Of a DNA stretch of 64,000 bases, positions 1 through 14,394 are shown piece after piece. The DNA is taken from contig CM119264.1 in the NCBI GenBank assembly GCA_051294375.1, positions 8,528,211 to 8,592,210 of the forward strand. Direction: 5' to 3'. The number at the start of each line of letters is the position of its first letter. The stretch's first letter is position 1. The DNA is from Paraspadella gotoi (lineage: Eukaryota; Animalia; Chaetognatha). The notes beneath the pieces are model-generated. The model ran no database searches. It was not told the DNA's origin and saw only the letters and a program-made list of their open reading frames with translations. The position numbers and the translations under genes are program-made.

Positions 1-275
1 AGCACGTTTTTATAAAAAAATATATCTTAACAAAACACACTCAACATGGTTTGATATTAACCCCTGCTTGACTTGTTTTGGAATGAGCAATGGGGATGCG
101 TTATCGCCCCCTGGCATCACTTCTAAAAATAGAAAGAAAAAAGTTTGAGTTGCGATAAAATTTGATGGATGAAGAAGCAGGAACGAAGATTGAATTTCAG
201 TTCGGATCAGATTTGAATTCTCCCTTTTTTTTTGGTGGGGGACGAGAGAAAGAGGGAGAACTGGGGAGGAGTTCG

Positions 276-397
<122 letters not shown>

Positions 398-774
398 GAC
401 ACAGAGAGAAATAATAAAAGAAAAAGGAGGAACGAAGAATAAAATGACAATTTTTTTACTCCAGCCGCGCTAAAATTCTCCCATGAAAAGTAAACAAATC
501 TATTGGCAGAAAAGTGAAACAGGAGATTTTTTTTTCTTCCAAAAAACAAATAAATGAATCAAAAAAAGAAAAAAAAATAGAAAAAAATAGATATTTTCAA
601 TCTTTTTTTTTTCCGAAATAAGGTTTCTCGACATTGACTAACATGGAACAAAGCTCTTGAAAATACTGTGAGGCAGGAAAAAAAAAGCGGACTGTTCTTC
701 TCTGCAAATGAGTCGGGAGAAAATGTAACGGCGTTCAATAATGAAACGCCGTAGGTTTGTATTAGAAAAAATGA

Positions 775-847
<73 letters not shown>

Positions 848-862
848 GAGAGAGAGAGAGAA

Positions 863-902
<40 letters not shown>

Positions 903-905
903 CGA

Positions 906-953
<48 letters not shown>

Positions 954-1118
954 AGAAAGAGAGAGAGAGAGAGAGGAGAGAGAGAGGAGAGAGAGAGAGA
1001 GAAGAGAGAGAGAGAAAGCCTCTCATGGAGTTCATCAGAGCCTCTAGTTTTCCTAATGGATAAAACTTGCGCAGAAATTGATGAAATAGCAAGAACCGTT
1101 GATGTTAGGCGAGGGAGA

Positions 1119-1193
<75 letters not shown>

Positions 1194-2161
1194 AGAGAGA
1201 GAGACGAGGAGAGAATGAGAGAATGAGAGTGTGTATCGGATAGGTGGCAGAAGGAATATGACAAGCGAACGAGGGGAAATGGCGACCGAAGAACATTGTG
1301 TGTGTATATATGTAAATAATCCGTTTGATTAATTAAATTCGCTCGACACTGGGAGAGATTAGAAACGCCGTCGCCGCCTCGAATGACAAGCGGGGTAAAT
1401 GGAGAAAAATTAACGCCGCGAGCGTCGTCCGTCAATAAGCGCCAAATAAATTCCGAGTAATTTCGTTACGCGGACAGACTTATTATTTTTTTCTTTTTTG
1501 CTTAGTCTAGAACAGTGCCTGGGATGATAAATGGCCAATCGCTTGGCGACTCGTATTTGGCAATTATTTTTTCTTAAATATTAACTATAGATATTTGCCT
1601 CAACACTGTAGTGCAATTCAAAAACTAAGTCTTTTTCCTCAATTGGCTTAGAAACCTTAGCCGATTCGGGCACCACCGTCGCTACTCCTTTCGAATTACG
1701 CGAACACAAACACCAGCGTAAAAAAAAACAAAAAAAAAAACCTCCGGTCAGACACGGCAAGAGGGTCGTAGGGTTCCCTCGGGTGCCAAAGGGCAAAGGG
1801 CGCTGCCGCTGCAGCAGCGATTAAGGCGAAGCGGACGCTGCCGCCGCGACCGCAGCAGCAGCCGTTACCCTAAAGCCGAGTCTTGTTTGCGCAGTCAAAA
1901 GTCGCGCGATGAGACACGAGATCGAAAAGGGAATCGATGATCAGAGATGAACGGAGAAATGAAAAAAAAAAATTAGATGTAGATCGATATTTTGATAACG
2001 AGATTTACTATAACGACGTCGCTTCTTCGATCTGCAGAATAAAAACCACTTTTTCAGGATAAAAAGTTGAGAGTTTGAACCCGACGAATGTGACTGCCGG
2101 TTGGAGGTCAAGGCGGAAACGTTGACAGAATAAATGCAAGACTAAATGTTAACTCGAGTAT

Positions 2162-2259
2162 GTTGACGTCGGATGGTTGACGTCGGATGGTTGACGTCGG
2201 ATGGTTGACGTCGGATGGTTGACGTCGGATGGTTGACGTCGGATGGTTGACGTCGGATG
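2162..2259. repeat. 14-bp minisatellite (GTTGACGTCGGATG) x7
   Basis: Seven consecutive identical units read directly, with no spacers. Confidence 0.95.
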
Positions 2260-3161
2260 GTCGCCGGATAGTATTTTTGATATACGTAGATTTTTTTTAT
2301 ATACTTATACGTAGAGATACGTAGATATACGTAGATGCCCTAGATGCCGTCGATTCCGTAGAAATTAATATCATTGAAAGGTCTAGCGTTTGTGCATCGA
2401 TCATTTTCACTCTCGGACCAATTGGAGATAGAACCGACGGCGTAAAAAAAGAATAGCTGCGCGATGTTCCTCTTCCCTCGGGACACTCACCCGGCGTCTT
2501 CTGGGAAAGGCGCCACCGACGAAACCCGCTCTTTTTTTCACGGAGTGACTCGTTCCCTTGGAAACGCGCCCTCTCGGCGGAACGACAAAATGCAAATCGA
2601 TCGAGGAACAAAAGAACAAAGGAATATTCCCGTTCGTTTTTGTTTCCGAATCCCCAGGGATCCAATTTGTACACCGTTTTTTATATAATATTTTTTTTTT
2701 CTCGTGTCCCGTCGCGTCGACGCATCTCAATTTATTGAAATTCCTTCTGGTCGGTCGGTCAGTCTTCACGTTGGCCAGACTATCCCGCGGTCAGGAAAAC
2801 AGCAGGCAACAGTTAAGATAGCAGTGGATTTTCTGAGTTAAGCTATTAAGGCGCGGTCGTAACGAGTCGAGCCTCACGAGTCAAGGCCGACGTGAGATTT
2901 GAGTCGAGAAGGAATTTAGGTCGCGAAAAGAAATAAAAAGTAAAGTTGAGTTCTTTTCTCTGTTAGTTTATTGTGATTTTTAAGTATTTTATTTCTTTTT
3001 TTTTTTTTTGTCTTTTTTGCATTGTTAAAAATTAATTTAAAATCATTCAAATCACAGTTTTTGAAAAATCTATCTTTATACTTTTATAAATTAGATTTAT
3101 CAAAAATATTTTGGCGTTCTAATTTATATTTTCCTTATTCTTTACTATTTCTGCCTTGCCA

Positions 3162-3223
<62 letters not shown>

Positions 3224-3250
3224 TCATAGAACGTTACTTATCCTTACCAG

Positions 3251-3450
3251 CTGCCAGAGCGACGCCAAACCGGCCATTTGGAAGATGGAGGAGCGAGAGA
3301 AGTACCTCTCCTTCGGAACCGATCCCTGGGACCCGACCATCGACGCCTCCAAGTTCCGGTTTCGCCGCCGCGGGGGGCGTTTCGACCTCACCATCGTCGA
3401 CGCGCAGCTGGAGGACGCGGGGAAGTACCTCTGCAACAACAGGCTCAAGG
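3251..3450 (+). CDS. Ig-superfamily membrane protein, internal exon: V-set Ig domain (CQSDAKPAIWK...FDLTIVDAQLEDAGKYLCNNRLK)
   Basis: ttaccag acceptor and G|gtaagt donor. B-strand Cys, C-strand Trp, LTI strand and DxGxYxC motif are present. Starts in phase 2, so upstream exons are needed and were not found. Confidence 0.92.
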
Positions 3451-4136
3451 GTAAGTCGGTGAGGGAAAAAATCCTTGCGGCAATTCAAAGTCATCAGCAG
3501 CAATAATTCGCAGAAAACATATCAATGTGACCAAAAGCCCTGTGGGTGATTTGGAGTTTTGTGGGGTAACGTTTAGATTTAGAGATTAAGTCTGAAATAG
3601 AATGAGAAGAGTTGGTAAGATTAATATCTGGATCAAAGAGTTCGAACGCCAAGTAGTGAAAGTAAGAGTCGAGATGAATCTTTCAAACTTTGCGCCTTTG
3701 ACGGATTGACGACGAGTTGATAACTGCGACGGAAAGAAATGGGATCCAGTTTCAAATAGATGGCACTAAACCGATGTTTACGGCGATAATCTCTCCTTTC
3801 ACGTTTCCAAAATTTCCTCTTCTGATGGTCGTAACCAATTCACGAATTTCTAACGTTATTTACTCGCTTATCGTGAATATTTCTTTTGGAAAGATTCCTA
3901 AATTATTAAATAAAAGAATTTTATATTTTTGGAAGATGGAATTTCGTAAAAACGTCAGGCGAGTTTAGCCAAAAAAAGAGAATAAATGAACATCGACGGT
4001 TTCTATTTTAACCGAGGAAAGTTTCTCTCGTTCTCGGTTATGGGCCGCGCGTTTGTTTGGGAAGGAGATCTGGAGAAGAGGTGAAGACTGATATAGAACC
4101 CGGCGTGGCCCATTCTGTCTCTCTCTCTCTTTTTTT

Positions 4137-4236
<100 letters not shown>

Positions 4237-4894
4237 TTGTTACTTTGCTCTCTCGTTTCCGCTGTTGTCTGTTGTCTCCATTCTGTTGATATCTGAGGAT
4301 ATTATTACCTCCGTTATCACCGTCATTCTCGATCATCACGTTGTCGTCGTTGTTGTTGTGGTTGTCGTTTTCTCGAAAGAGAAAATTGTCATCCTCATCA
4401 TCGTCGTTTACTCCCAAGCACGGAGCGAGGGAGCGTCTCCTAGCGACAGGCCGAAGCAGGTGCGCGAGCGCGTTGGGCAGCGATCCAGCGATTGACCTTG
4501 ATCCTGCGAATTTGTCGCTCGGTACATGACCCGATAAATTTCAAAACTGACAAACCTCGTGAAGTTCACTCAATCCTTACTTTGGTATTTTTCATACGAG
4601 ACAAACTTAGTCAACAGCCAGCTTTGGTCATCCTCTGGAACCACCTTGTGTTTCAAATGATGCAACAACTCTGCGCAGTGCACAATGCGTTAGAGGATCT
4701 TCACTCCGATGAGTAACCATGAGAGGAGGAGGACGCCACTCGATGTGGACCGGATGAATCTCGCACCATAAAACTAGGAGATCGTAAAATCACATTACGA
4801 ACAGTGGATGACGCTCTTTTCCTCGCGACTTGTTCTCTCCTCTTCTCGCTCTCTCTTCCTCTCTCATCTCCTCTCTCTCTCTCGCTCTTTCTCC

Positions 4895-5053
<159 letters not shown>

Positions 5054-5263
5054 CTCCCAGATGCGCCTTCATTCCTGACTAAATCGCGTTGTATCTTCGC
5101 TTTGTCGTTTTGAGGCGACGAAGGTTCGCGAAGCCAAAACTCGATTTGCATTTTAAAAGGATTTTGGGGTCAGACGAGAGTGAGGCTCTCGATTCCGGGT
5201 CAAGTTTTTCCACCGGCTTTTATCTCTCTTTTTCTTTCTTTCATTTTCTACTTTTTTTGTTTT

Positions 5264-5370
<107 letters not shown>

Positions 5371-6469
5371 CTGTTTATTTCCCAAACCCTTTTCGACTTT
5401 TTTAAAATATATGTTCAAATTTTACCATTGTATTTCGTATCCCAAACCTTTTTCAGTCGTTCGATACTCTTTTTAAAAACTTGAAACGTAATTGCCTTTG
5501 AAAAAACTTTGCTCAACGATTACGTGACAGGAAAATGAAATGAATTTGTGGCTTTTTTTCAATCGATCGTTGGCGTGCTCATTTGTTTGCATGTTCATTT
5601 CTTGGTTGTCGTCTCACTTGAAAACCATCAAGAGTCGCCCGGTCTCATTCCGTCGAATCCCTTGTCTTTTGTATTTTGATTTGGTTTGCCTTGAAGAGAT
5701 GTATACAGTTGGTCGACGACATATAGTGAAATATAGCAGGAAGACTTTTTGCGCGTATTGTGATGGTAGCTAAACAATCATAACATTTTCTCAGTTTGAC
5801 TTCTTTTTTAAAACTTTGCTCGGAAAGAAAAAAGCGGTGCCACCGAGAACGCGAAGATAAAAAAATTTAATGATGACAATCAAAACGTTGAAAAGGACGG
5901 AGGCTCTTCTTCGCCTCGGAATCGATTTCAGGCCTAATCATTTCAACGCTCGGAATCCGTATGGCGCTGCGTTGTGCCGTCGCCTGACGTCAGCGGAAAT
6001 GTTTTGTTCGATATTTGCCGTCTATTGCTTTGTTTGTTTGTTTGTTTGTTTTCTATTTTTTTCTTGGTGTTTTCTGGTGTTTTTTTTTTCTTTTTTATTT
6101 TTATTTTTTTTTTTCCTCTTTTTTCTTTTTCTATTTCTTTCTTCTTTTTTCTTTCTTTTCTTTTCTTTTTCTTTTCTTTTCTTTTCTTTTCTTTTCTTTT
6201 TTCCTTTTTTATTTTCCTTTCTTTTCTTTTTTTTCTTTTCTTTTTTTTTCTTTTCTTTTCTTTACTTTTCTTCTCTTCTCTTTTCTTTTTTTCCATTCAA
6301 ATTAACAGAAGTAAATAGATTTATGACAGAAGAAAAAAATGCTATTTAAATGTAGAATCATGTGAATCAACCTGTAAATTATTTAAATCACTTTCATTTC
6401 CCCCCCTTTGCACTTCCCAACACCACCTCAAAACCTTACCACCCTACCACCCCGCCTCCACGGAACCAG

Positions 6470-6708
6470 CGGTGCTCACGGTCTTGCAACCCCCAACATG
6501 CAAACCCGTCCCTTCGGTCCGCCTCATCGAGGAGGAGCCCCTGCTGGTGACGTGTCAGGTACAGGGCGTCTCTCCCGCCGTTCCGCCGGAAGCGGGCGGC
6601 GCCGCGTCGTTGGAGGGAGCGCCGGCGCAGCGGGGCGGCGTTGGCGGCGACGCCGGGTCGCCGACGCAGCTGCTTTGGGTCTTGGACGACAGAACGATGG
6701 AAGCCAAG
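6470..6708 (+). CDS. Ig protein exon: end of D1 and start of C2-type D2 (AVLTVLQPPTC...LLVTCQVQG...TQLLWVLDDRTMEAK)
   Basis: accag acceptor in phase 1 matches the previous exon; AAG|gtgaga donor. Contains the LTVLQPP linker plus Cys and Trp strands. Confidence 0.9.
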
Positions 6709-8264
6709 GTGAGACCGGGCGAGGTTGTTATCGGGGGAAAGGGGAGATAAATGGGCAATGGGCATTAGGGTGAAGTGAAAGTTTGGAATCAAAATTTAGC
6801 AATTCAATATTTTTTTTTAATTCTGAAGACACATAAAGTTCCACATCAAGTTTATAAAAGAAAATATATAAAATATACATATAAATATATTTAAAAAGTT
6901 ATGTCATTACTTTGGTCAAAATAGAAAAAACATTTTTTCAAGCTCAAAATTTGAAGATAAGAAAAGTGTTCTTTGTTTTCACAATGAAGTTTTTAATGAA
7001 AGTTTAATGAAGTTTTATTATTTTCACATCACTCTTTTGGGTAAGGGGAAAAGGGGAAAGTAGGAAGAGGAGAAAGAAGAAGTTAAAGAGATTAGACAAA
7101 GAATAGGAAAGGAAAAAAGGTGAGGCGGGCGGAGGAGAAAGGGAAACGTAAGAGGGCGCAAGAGATTCGTCGACTTTGTTGTATTTTCTGGTTCTAAAAA
7201 TAACTCGGATCGTTTTCGTCCGAACGAATTACATTCGCCTCGAAGGTTAGATTCTTTGTGGCCAGAAATCTAATTTTAAATCTTCATAAAAAAAAAAACA
7301 CCAAAAAAACACAAAAAAACAAAAACAAATTCAATTATTTCAGGTGCGAAAAGTAATTAAATGAGATTAAGAAATATTCACTTTAAAAAAATCATTTAAT
7401 TTGCCGTAAAACGATTAAGCTTTTATTTATTTTTTTTTCCTAAAATTAATTTACGCGGAGTCTTGAGCTGACGTTAGAGAAGAGTAATAAAGTGTCCCCC
7501 CTTGAGTGGATTAAAGAGGCTTCGATTGAAAGATGAAATTAAAAAAAAAGGACGAAGGACGAAAAATTAATCGCGCGGTGGCGGGGGGGGGGTGGGCGTG
7601 GCGCGGAGGAGGAGTCGAACGCCGACCAGGAATTGTCTGGCGTAAGTGACGCTGTCATCGTCGTCGTTGTCGTCGTTTGCGTTGTTTGGTAGCTCAGCGT
7701 TTTTTTCTGATTTGTATTAATTAAAGTTTTGTATTGAGACAATTATTGATCTACTTCCACAGTCGCTAATTACTTAGTCAACTATGAGCGCAAGGGTTTC
7801 ACGTATATGTAAAACTCATTAAACTACCCTTCAATAGTATAAGCTACAAGAAATCTGTTCGAAACATCTTAACGGCAAAAAAACAAAAACAAAAAAACAA
7901 AAAAACTACAAACTACCTATAAAATCTTTTCAGTAATGAAATCTCGGCCCCTGGGACTTATTCGGGACCGATCTTTAAACCTTTCCCGCAGCCAAGCGAC
8001 GGTCGTCTGAGTCATCTGGCGTTGTCGTCGTTGTCGTTGTCGTTGTCGTCCCCGACGTCGTGGTTTTTCTCCATTTTTCCTTCTCCTTTTCCTCCCTACC
8101 TTTCCCTTTCCTTTCGCGTCGTAAAATTCAAATTTTCATCCGACGCTTGAATCGACGAATGGGAAGACGACGACGACGACGACGACGACGATTAAGACGA
8201 CGTCGACGACTTTAACGAATGAAAGTGCCCCTCATTCCTTTCGCGGGCGCCAGGGGGAAAGTAT

Positions 8265-8373
<109 letters not shown>

Positions 8374-8498
8374 CGTACTTAATTAACGCCGTCGCCGGGA
8401 GCGAGGAAACAGTAAACTCGAGATGGAAAACCTTCCGCCATTAATAGGCCGATGAGATCGAGAGAAATTCGAACGACGAGAGAGCAAGAGAGAGATAA

Positions 8499-8597
<99 letters not shown>

Positions 8598-9056
8598 AAA
8601 AGAGATAGAGAGAGTTGATCTGATTCCAGCTTTGAATAGAGCCAGAATTCGTTGGAAGAGGGCGGGGCGCTCTAGGGTATTTATGACAGGGTGGGCGTGG
8701 CTGGGCGTCGGTCGTTGGTATCGACGGCGGCGGCAGCGTCTGCGTTGGCGTTGGCGGCGGCGGCGGCGTTGTCGACGTTTGAAGACTAAATCTGATTAAG
8801 CATTTAATTAATGACGTCAACGAAGAGAGCGGAACACGGGGGCGAAGACGACGACGACGACGACAAAAATGACGACAGCGACGACGACGATGAGATGCGA
8901 CGCTGGAGCTTTTTCGATTAGAGCGGGACCCATAGACGGAGCCAGATTTCTTAAAGAGAGAAAGCTGATTTTAATACGCACATACTACATAGTTGAAATA
9001 ACTAACTATTCCAATGCAATTTACTTTTCTACTCACCTCGTCCCTTATCTCCCAAG

Positions 9057-9134
9057 GTCCGAAACTTCGGCAACGTCACAGTCTCCGAATTCGTTTTGGA
9101 CCCAAAGGCCGAGGATAACCGGAGATCGCTTAAG
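9057..9134 (+). CDS. Ig protein exon: D2 middle (VRNFGNVTVSEFVLDPKAEDNRRSLK)
   Basis: Polypyrimidine/aag acceptor and AAG|gtgaga donor; 78 nt, phase 0-0. The SxxxLxPxxEDNxxxLxC pattern is typical of nephrin/Kirrel/nectin-type C2 domains. Confidence 0.88.
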
Positions 9135-10528
9135 GTGAGACGAGTAGAGGTGGACCGAAGTGGGGCGGGGTGTAAGGCTGCTTGGTAGGGGGTGGGTCAC
9201 AGAGCTAGCTGTGGTGGAGGGGCAGGAACAACGACTCGTACTTCAACAGATCAAGCTATTGGGAGACAAATTCTTTTTTACGAAGTAGTTAAGAGTTAAT
9301 AATTGTAGTATTTTTCCCTGTCCAAATAGAAGAAAAAATATTTTTTACAGTTAAAGCGAACAAGAAATTATTACGAGTATTTAGTGAGGAGTAGCTCAAT
9401 AACTATGATCGCTTACATGCACACACAACGATAGAAAAAGAGAGAGAATGAGAAAAGAGAGAGAAAGTGAAAAGAGAGAATTTTATTCCCAGCAAATCCC
9501 TATAATCCGTGAAACAAATTCTTTCTTGGTTTATCTTTTATATGTTTCATTGTCTGAGAAAGTCCCCCCGAGTCTCCACGTCTTTTTTCCTTCAATTTTC
9601 CTTGTTTCTATGGAAAGAAAAACTTAAATGATTAATTTGACGATTCTGTTTATCCTCTTTATTTGTTAATCTGTCAATTATTATTGTGTGGTTTTTTAAA
9701 TTATTTTTTTAGTACAATAATTTTTTTAAATTAGATTATTTAGATATTTTATCGATGTTAAGGGCCTAATTCGTATTGCCGCTTTAAAAAGCCGCTATAA
9801 ACGAACCTCGCTGTAAGTTCCACCATATTGGTACATGACCTTTTAGTCCCATTTTCCTCTAATCTCGGACGATAAAAGGTTGAGCCTTACCCCCCCTCCC
9901 CTCGTTGCCAGTTTTACTAGCCTTTTCCTCCATTGTTTCCTTTACTATTGATCCGTTTCCTTCCTTTTCCCCCCATTTTTATTTTGTTCCTTTTACTGTA
10001 TTAATCCAGTTTCCTTTTTCTTTATTTCCCTTTTTTCACTTTCGTGTTGACATATTTTGCTTTTACCCCTTTTTTTCCCTTTTCTCTCTTTTTCCCCATT
10101 TTTTTCGTTAAAAGTTTTTATTCTTTTCTCTTCTCTTTCTATCCCTTTTCTTTTTTTCTCCTTTTAGTATTAATCCTTTTATACTTCTTTTCCGTTTCTT
10201 TTCTTTTATATCGATCTCTTTTTTTCTTTTCTTTCCTTCCCAATTGATCCCAAGATTCTTTTCTCTTCTTTTTCTCCGTTTTAAACGTCACGCCTCCTTC
10301 CTTTCCTTCTCCGACCCACCCTCTCATTTATTTTTTACATTCCTTCTTTCGATCTCCTTTCTACCAAATTCGCCATTTTCGCTGCTTCGTCACTCTCGAT
10401 CTCGTCCAATCATTTTAACCTCCGTCCCTTCCTGCCGTTAACTTCTCGGTTCCAGCATCGCTCTCTCCCTCCACCTTTATTTCCTTTCTTTCTCCTTCTC
10501 AATCTTCCACATCCTCCCCCCCTTCCAG

Positions 10529-10658
10529 TGCCACGTTCTCCATCCCCACTGGAACGCCTCACTTCCGGTTCCATCTTGCGGCTTCGACGAACTGGAGATT
10601 CTCTTCAAACCAAAGATAAAATGTCCCCCCTACGTGGTCGTCGAGGGAGAGGCCGCGG
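10529..10658 (+). CDS. Ig protein exon: end of D2 and start of D3 (CHVLHPHWNASLPVPSCGFDELEILFKPKIKCPPYVVVEGEAA)
   Basis: ccttccag acceptor and G|gtaagt donor, phase 0-1. Supplies the D2 F-strand Cys. Confidence 0.88.
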
Positions 10659-12057
10659 GTAAGTCCTTCTGTCCGGTCAAATCCCTCCCTTTGTCCGTGC
10701 CATTATTTCGTTTGTCCCTTCTTTGTTTCTATCGATTAAAAAATAAACTCACAAAAAGATTCTTTTACAAGTTTTCATCCGTTGATCTATTTTAAGGTTT
10801 TTTTTTCATTTTGATTATTTTTTTTCTATTATCCTTTGGTCTGTTTCTTTTCAGTCCCTTGGTTCGTTTTCTTTTCGATTTTTTTTTTTTTATAAAGTCT
10901 GTTTTCTGCTTGCCCTTTGGCTTGTTTCCGGGACGTCCGTCCGTCTGTTTTCTGAAAGAAAACAAAAAAGAAGGGAAAAAAAACATCATCAAATCTCAGG
11001 GACGATCTTTGCCTCGTAAAGTCCTACTGGGGGTAAACAAGAAGCGAGGATTTGGTTTCATTGATCTCGTTCGTCGTTGTTGCAGTTATATATATATAAT
11101 AATAATATCGACCTTTTTATAATCACTTTTAATTTAACCAAACAAATATAGGAAATCGTTATCATATATTTTGCGTCTATTTTTAGGGAATTCGGTCTAC
11201 GACGAAAAAGACGCGGATTACGATGATTCTTTCGTCTCAGAATTTTACGCAGAGCAAAATTCCTCCGTCTTCGTTCTCGGTCGTGGGGTTCCGAGTTCGA
11301 AACCCGCAAAGGTACGATTTTTTTTTTAGTAGAATTTTCCAATAAAGTAGCCATCAGCCAGTGGTTTTTTTCTCTTAGGGTTTAAGGTTACGATTTTTAA
11401 AGTCTTGTTCATGTTCAACCGAGATCCGATGTTGATATGAAATTAAGAGGATTTAAAATATTTTTTTTTGTGTGTGGAGTTTCTATCTGTATCACTATCA
11501 TATCTCTCTTTCTCTCTTTCTCTCTGTCTCTCTTTTCTAATTTTCGTTAAAGTTTTCTATCCCTCTCCCACTCTCTGTCAAAGACTATAATCCGATATTG
11601 GATTTTTTTTCAAACAGCCAAATTATTTGTTTTCAATGAATTTTTTTTTCCCAGTTAAAGCCGATGCACGATGAATTCGCAAACCAAGTTTTCAATTCTC
11701 CCAAGAGTAAGTTTTTTTTTTCAAATCTAATAAGATACGATTTGGCAATTATAAAAATATTGATAAACAAAATACAAATTAAAAAAAATTAAAGTTAATT
11801 AATAGATTGCCTTTTTCTACTGGTAAAAAAATAATATAATTTAACGATATGAAAATGATTACAACTCTCATCAGATGTTCTACGTTTTCGAAAATATGAA
11901 ATATGCCATTATAAAAATTTAGACAACTGATTTATATTTTCTATTCAAGCCTTTTATTATTTCACGTTTTCATCCATCTCATTCTTCGTTCACTTTTTTC
12001 TTCTCCTTTATTTATTCCCCTTCCTCCTTTTCTCTCCCCTTTCCTTTCCTCCTCAAG

Positions 12058-12154
12058 GCCTTCCTCCACTGTTTAATCTCAGCTGCCGAGTGACGGGAAA
12101 TCCTTCAGTCAAACTCTCGAATATTTCCTGGAAAGTCAAGTTAAGCGAAACCAG
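12058..12154 (+). CDS. Ig protein exon: D3 (GLPPLFNLSCRVTGNPSVKLSNISWKVKLSET)
   Basis: Long polypyrimidine tract plus aag acceptor; AG|gtgagg donor; phase 1-2. LSCxVxGNP...ISW is an I-set pattern. Confidence 0.88.
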
Positions 12155-13314
12155 GTGAGGGAGAGAAGAAGGAAGGGAAGGGAAGGAAGGGAGAGGAAGT
12201 GGGGAAAGGGAGGAAGAGAGGTAGGAAAGAAAGGGAAGAAATGGAGGAAAAGGGGGTGGAATAGAAAAGGAAAGAAGGAAGGGGAGAAAGGAGAAGAGGA
12301 AGAAATGAAGAGTAAAGAGGTAGGAAATACCTGCATGGAGTAATGGGTAAGGGATGGTTTAAAAAAGTTAAGGAGGTTATGGTAAGGTAAGGTAAGGTGG
12401 TGACGAAATTCTTGGAGGAACCACTTTTCCTCTGGTGACGATTATACTAATTCAGCGGGGTTGGGCGCGATGTGAATAGAGGGAGACTGCGGAGCGAGGC
12501 TGTGGGTAAGTGTGGTGGTTCAGGGTGAGGTCTCTCGGTTTCTCTCCGACGTTTTTCTCGACAGTTTCTTTGTAATCGTAGATTTTGACGTCAATTTTTT
12601 TTCTTTGGCGAAGAATTTCCGGTCGGAGGAAAAAAAAAAGGAGAGAAGAAGTGAGTCGGGGTTTAACGAGGAAGTGATTCGCGTGAAATTCAGTGAAATT
12701 GACTCTTTTGTCCGCCTTAATTAGATGATTAAATAGAATGGCAAAGAAGGTCAGATGGGTATCGGTTCGATAGTAGTGAGTCGCGAAAAGATTGTATCAA
12801 AACTAACCCTTACGCTGCGTAGAAGTGAGTAATGAGTTTAAAATTTTCACATAAAAGGAAATTTTTTTTTTGGTACTAAAATGGGGTTTGGGTGAGGCGA
12901 GGATTTTCCCCCCCAGAAAGTTTCCTCCCGCCCGAATCACAGACTGAAAAATTCTTTTTCGGTCGAGTGAGAAAATTCACAAGCGCGAAAAGGAGGAAAG
13001 AATGAAGCGCGAACGCAAAGAGATTGGAATCGCGAAACAGCGCGAGTTGCGCCCCCCCGCACCGCCCCCCCGTTCTCTTTTGGGTGAGGATTTCCTTTTT
13101 TCGTCTTACGTTTTCCTTAATGTAAAATGTGATAGGAGAGAAATAGATTAATAGTTTTTTCGTCATGTTATGTAAAATATCAATACATACGTTATAAATA
13201 AACTCAATTCGCTTCTAGTTCTTAAATTACCGATAGATTTGTCAATTCTAAATGAATTAGGATCGCTTTGGTTAGTTCGCAATATGCTGAGAGAGAGAGA
13301 GAGAGAGAAGAGAG

Positions 13315-13378
<64 letters not shown>

Positions 13379-13953
13379 CGACAAAAACGCTCTTTCTGCT
13401 GCAAGATTGATGAAAGTCTTTCGCAATTCTGCCGAGCTGAGTTGATTGGAAATGCCTTCCTTTTTTTTAAGGCGAAAGAACGTTCATGGTTTTTGGCAGG
13501 TGCCCTGACGCAGTTTTTAGAAGGTTCTGTGACGTAGTTTATTGCAGGTGTTTCGATAATTCTTTTAGAGGATACCGCTACATTTTTCATAGTAGGTGGA
13601 TGGTAGTATTAATTCAAGGGTTTAATTCACAATTCTAATTATTTTTTGTCATCACTACTTATACTAAAATACTGTACAAACAAGTCTCGTCAAGTTCTTC
13701 ACCCTACCGACTCCCGTCATTTAGAATTTGTTTAGTTCCCGCGGCATCGACTCCGACCTTCAAGGTCTCCCCGATTTAATCTCACCTCCGAGGTTCTACA
13801 ACGAATCAGGGGAAAAGAAAAGGAGAGGAAATAAAAGATGACGGAAAATGAGGGAAAGAGAATTACAAAAAAAAGTCCGCGCTGAGAATTGGAAAATAAT
13901 TAAGAGAGAGAGAGAGAGAGTGAACATGAAAAAAAGAGAAAAAGAGGGGGTAG

Positions 13954-14076
<123 letters not shown>

Positions 14077-14190
14077 GAGAGAGAGAAAGAAAGAAATAGA
14101 AACAGAGTGAGTGAGAGGTAAAAAGATAATAATGTTACTTGCTGCGCAATTTCAAAGGAAAATTTCAATCAAGCAATCGAATCTGTTTAG

Positions 14191-14394
14191 ATCGGCTCAT
14201 CCAACCCACGACCCCAAGATCCCCGAGAAACTCCCGCGCGATCGTCGGCCTCCCGTCTCGCCCCACGCCCCCACCGAGGTGGTGGTTCCGCTCCCCCGCC
14301 GACTCCTACAGCCCTCCACCCCTAACGCCACCCTCTCACTCAAGGCCGAGAACATCTTGGGCATCTCGCAGGCGAACGTCACTTTGGTGCTGAG
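14191..14394 (+). CDS. Ig protein exon: end of D3 (RSAHPTHDP...NATLSLKAENILGISQANVTLVL)
   Basis: gtttag acceptor and AG|gtgagt donor, phase 2-2. AENxLG...VTLxV is the F/G-strand motif. Confidence 0.85.

Noticed and set aside
1660-1900. GC-rich segment as the signal-peptide exon of the Ig gene
   Set aside because: No convincing ATG, hydrophobic core and phase-2 donor combination was found.
2162-2259. CRISPR array
   Set aside because: The units are 14 bp and contiguous, with no spacers or cas genes, in a eukaryotic context.
12456-12504. Cryptic exon (ctaattcag ... G|gtaagt) in an Ig intron
   Set aside because: The flanking exons already join in frame into a coherent domain, and this segment adds no Ig-like sequence.
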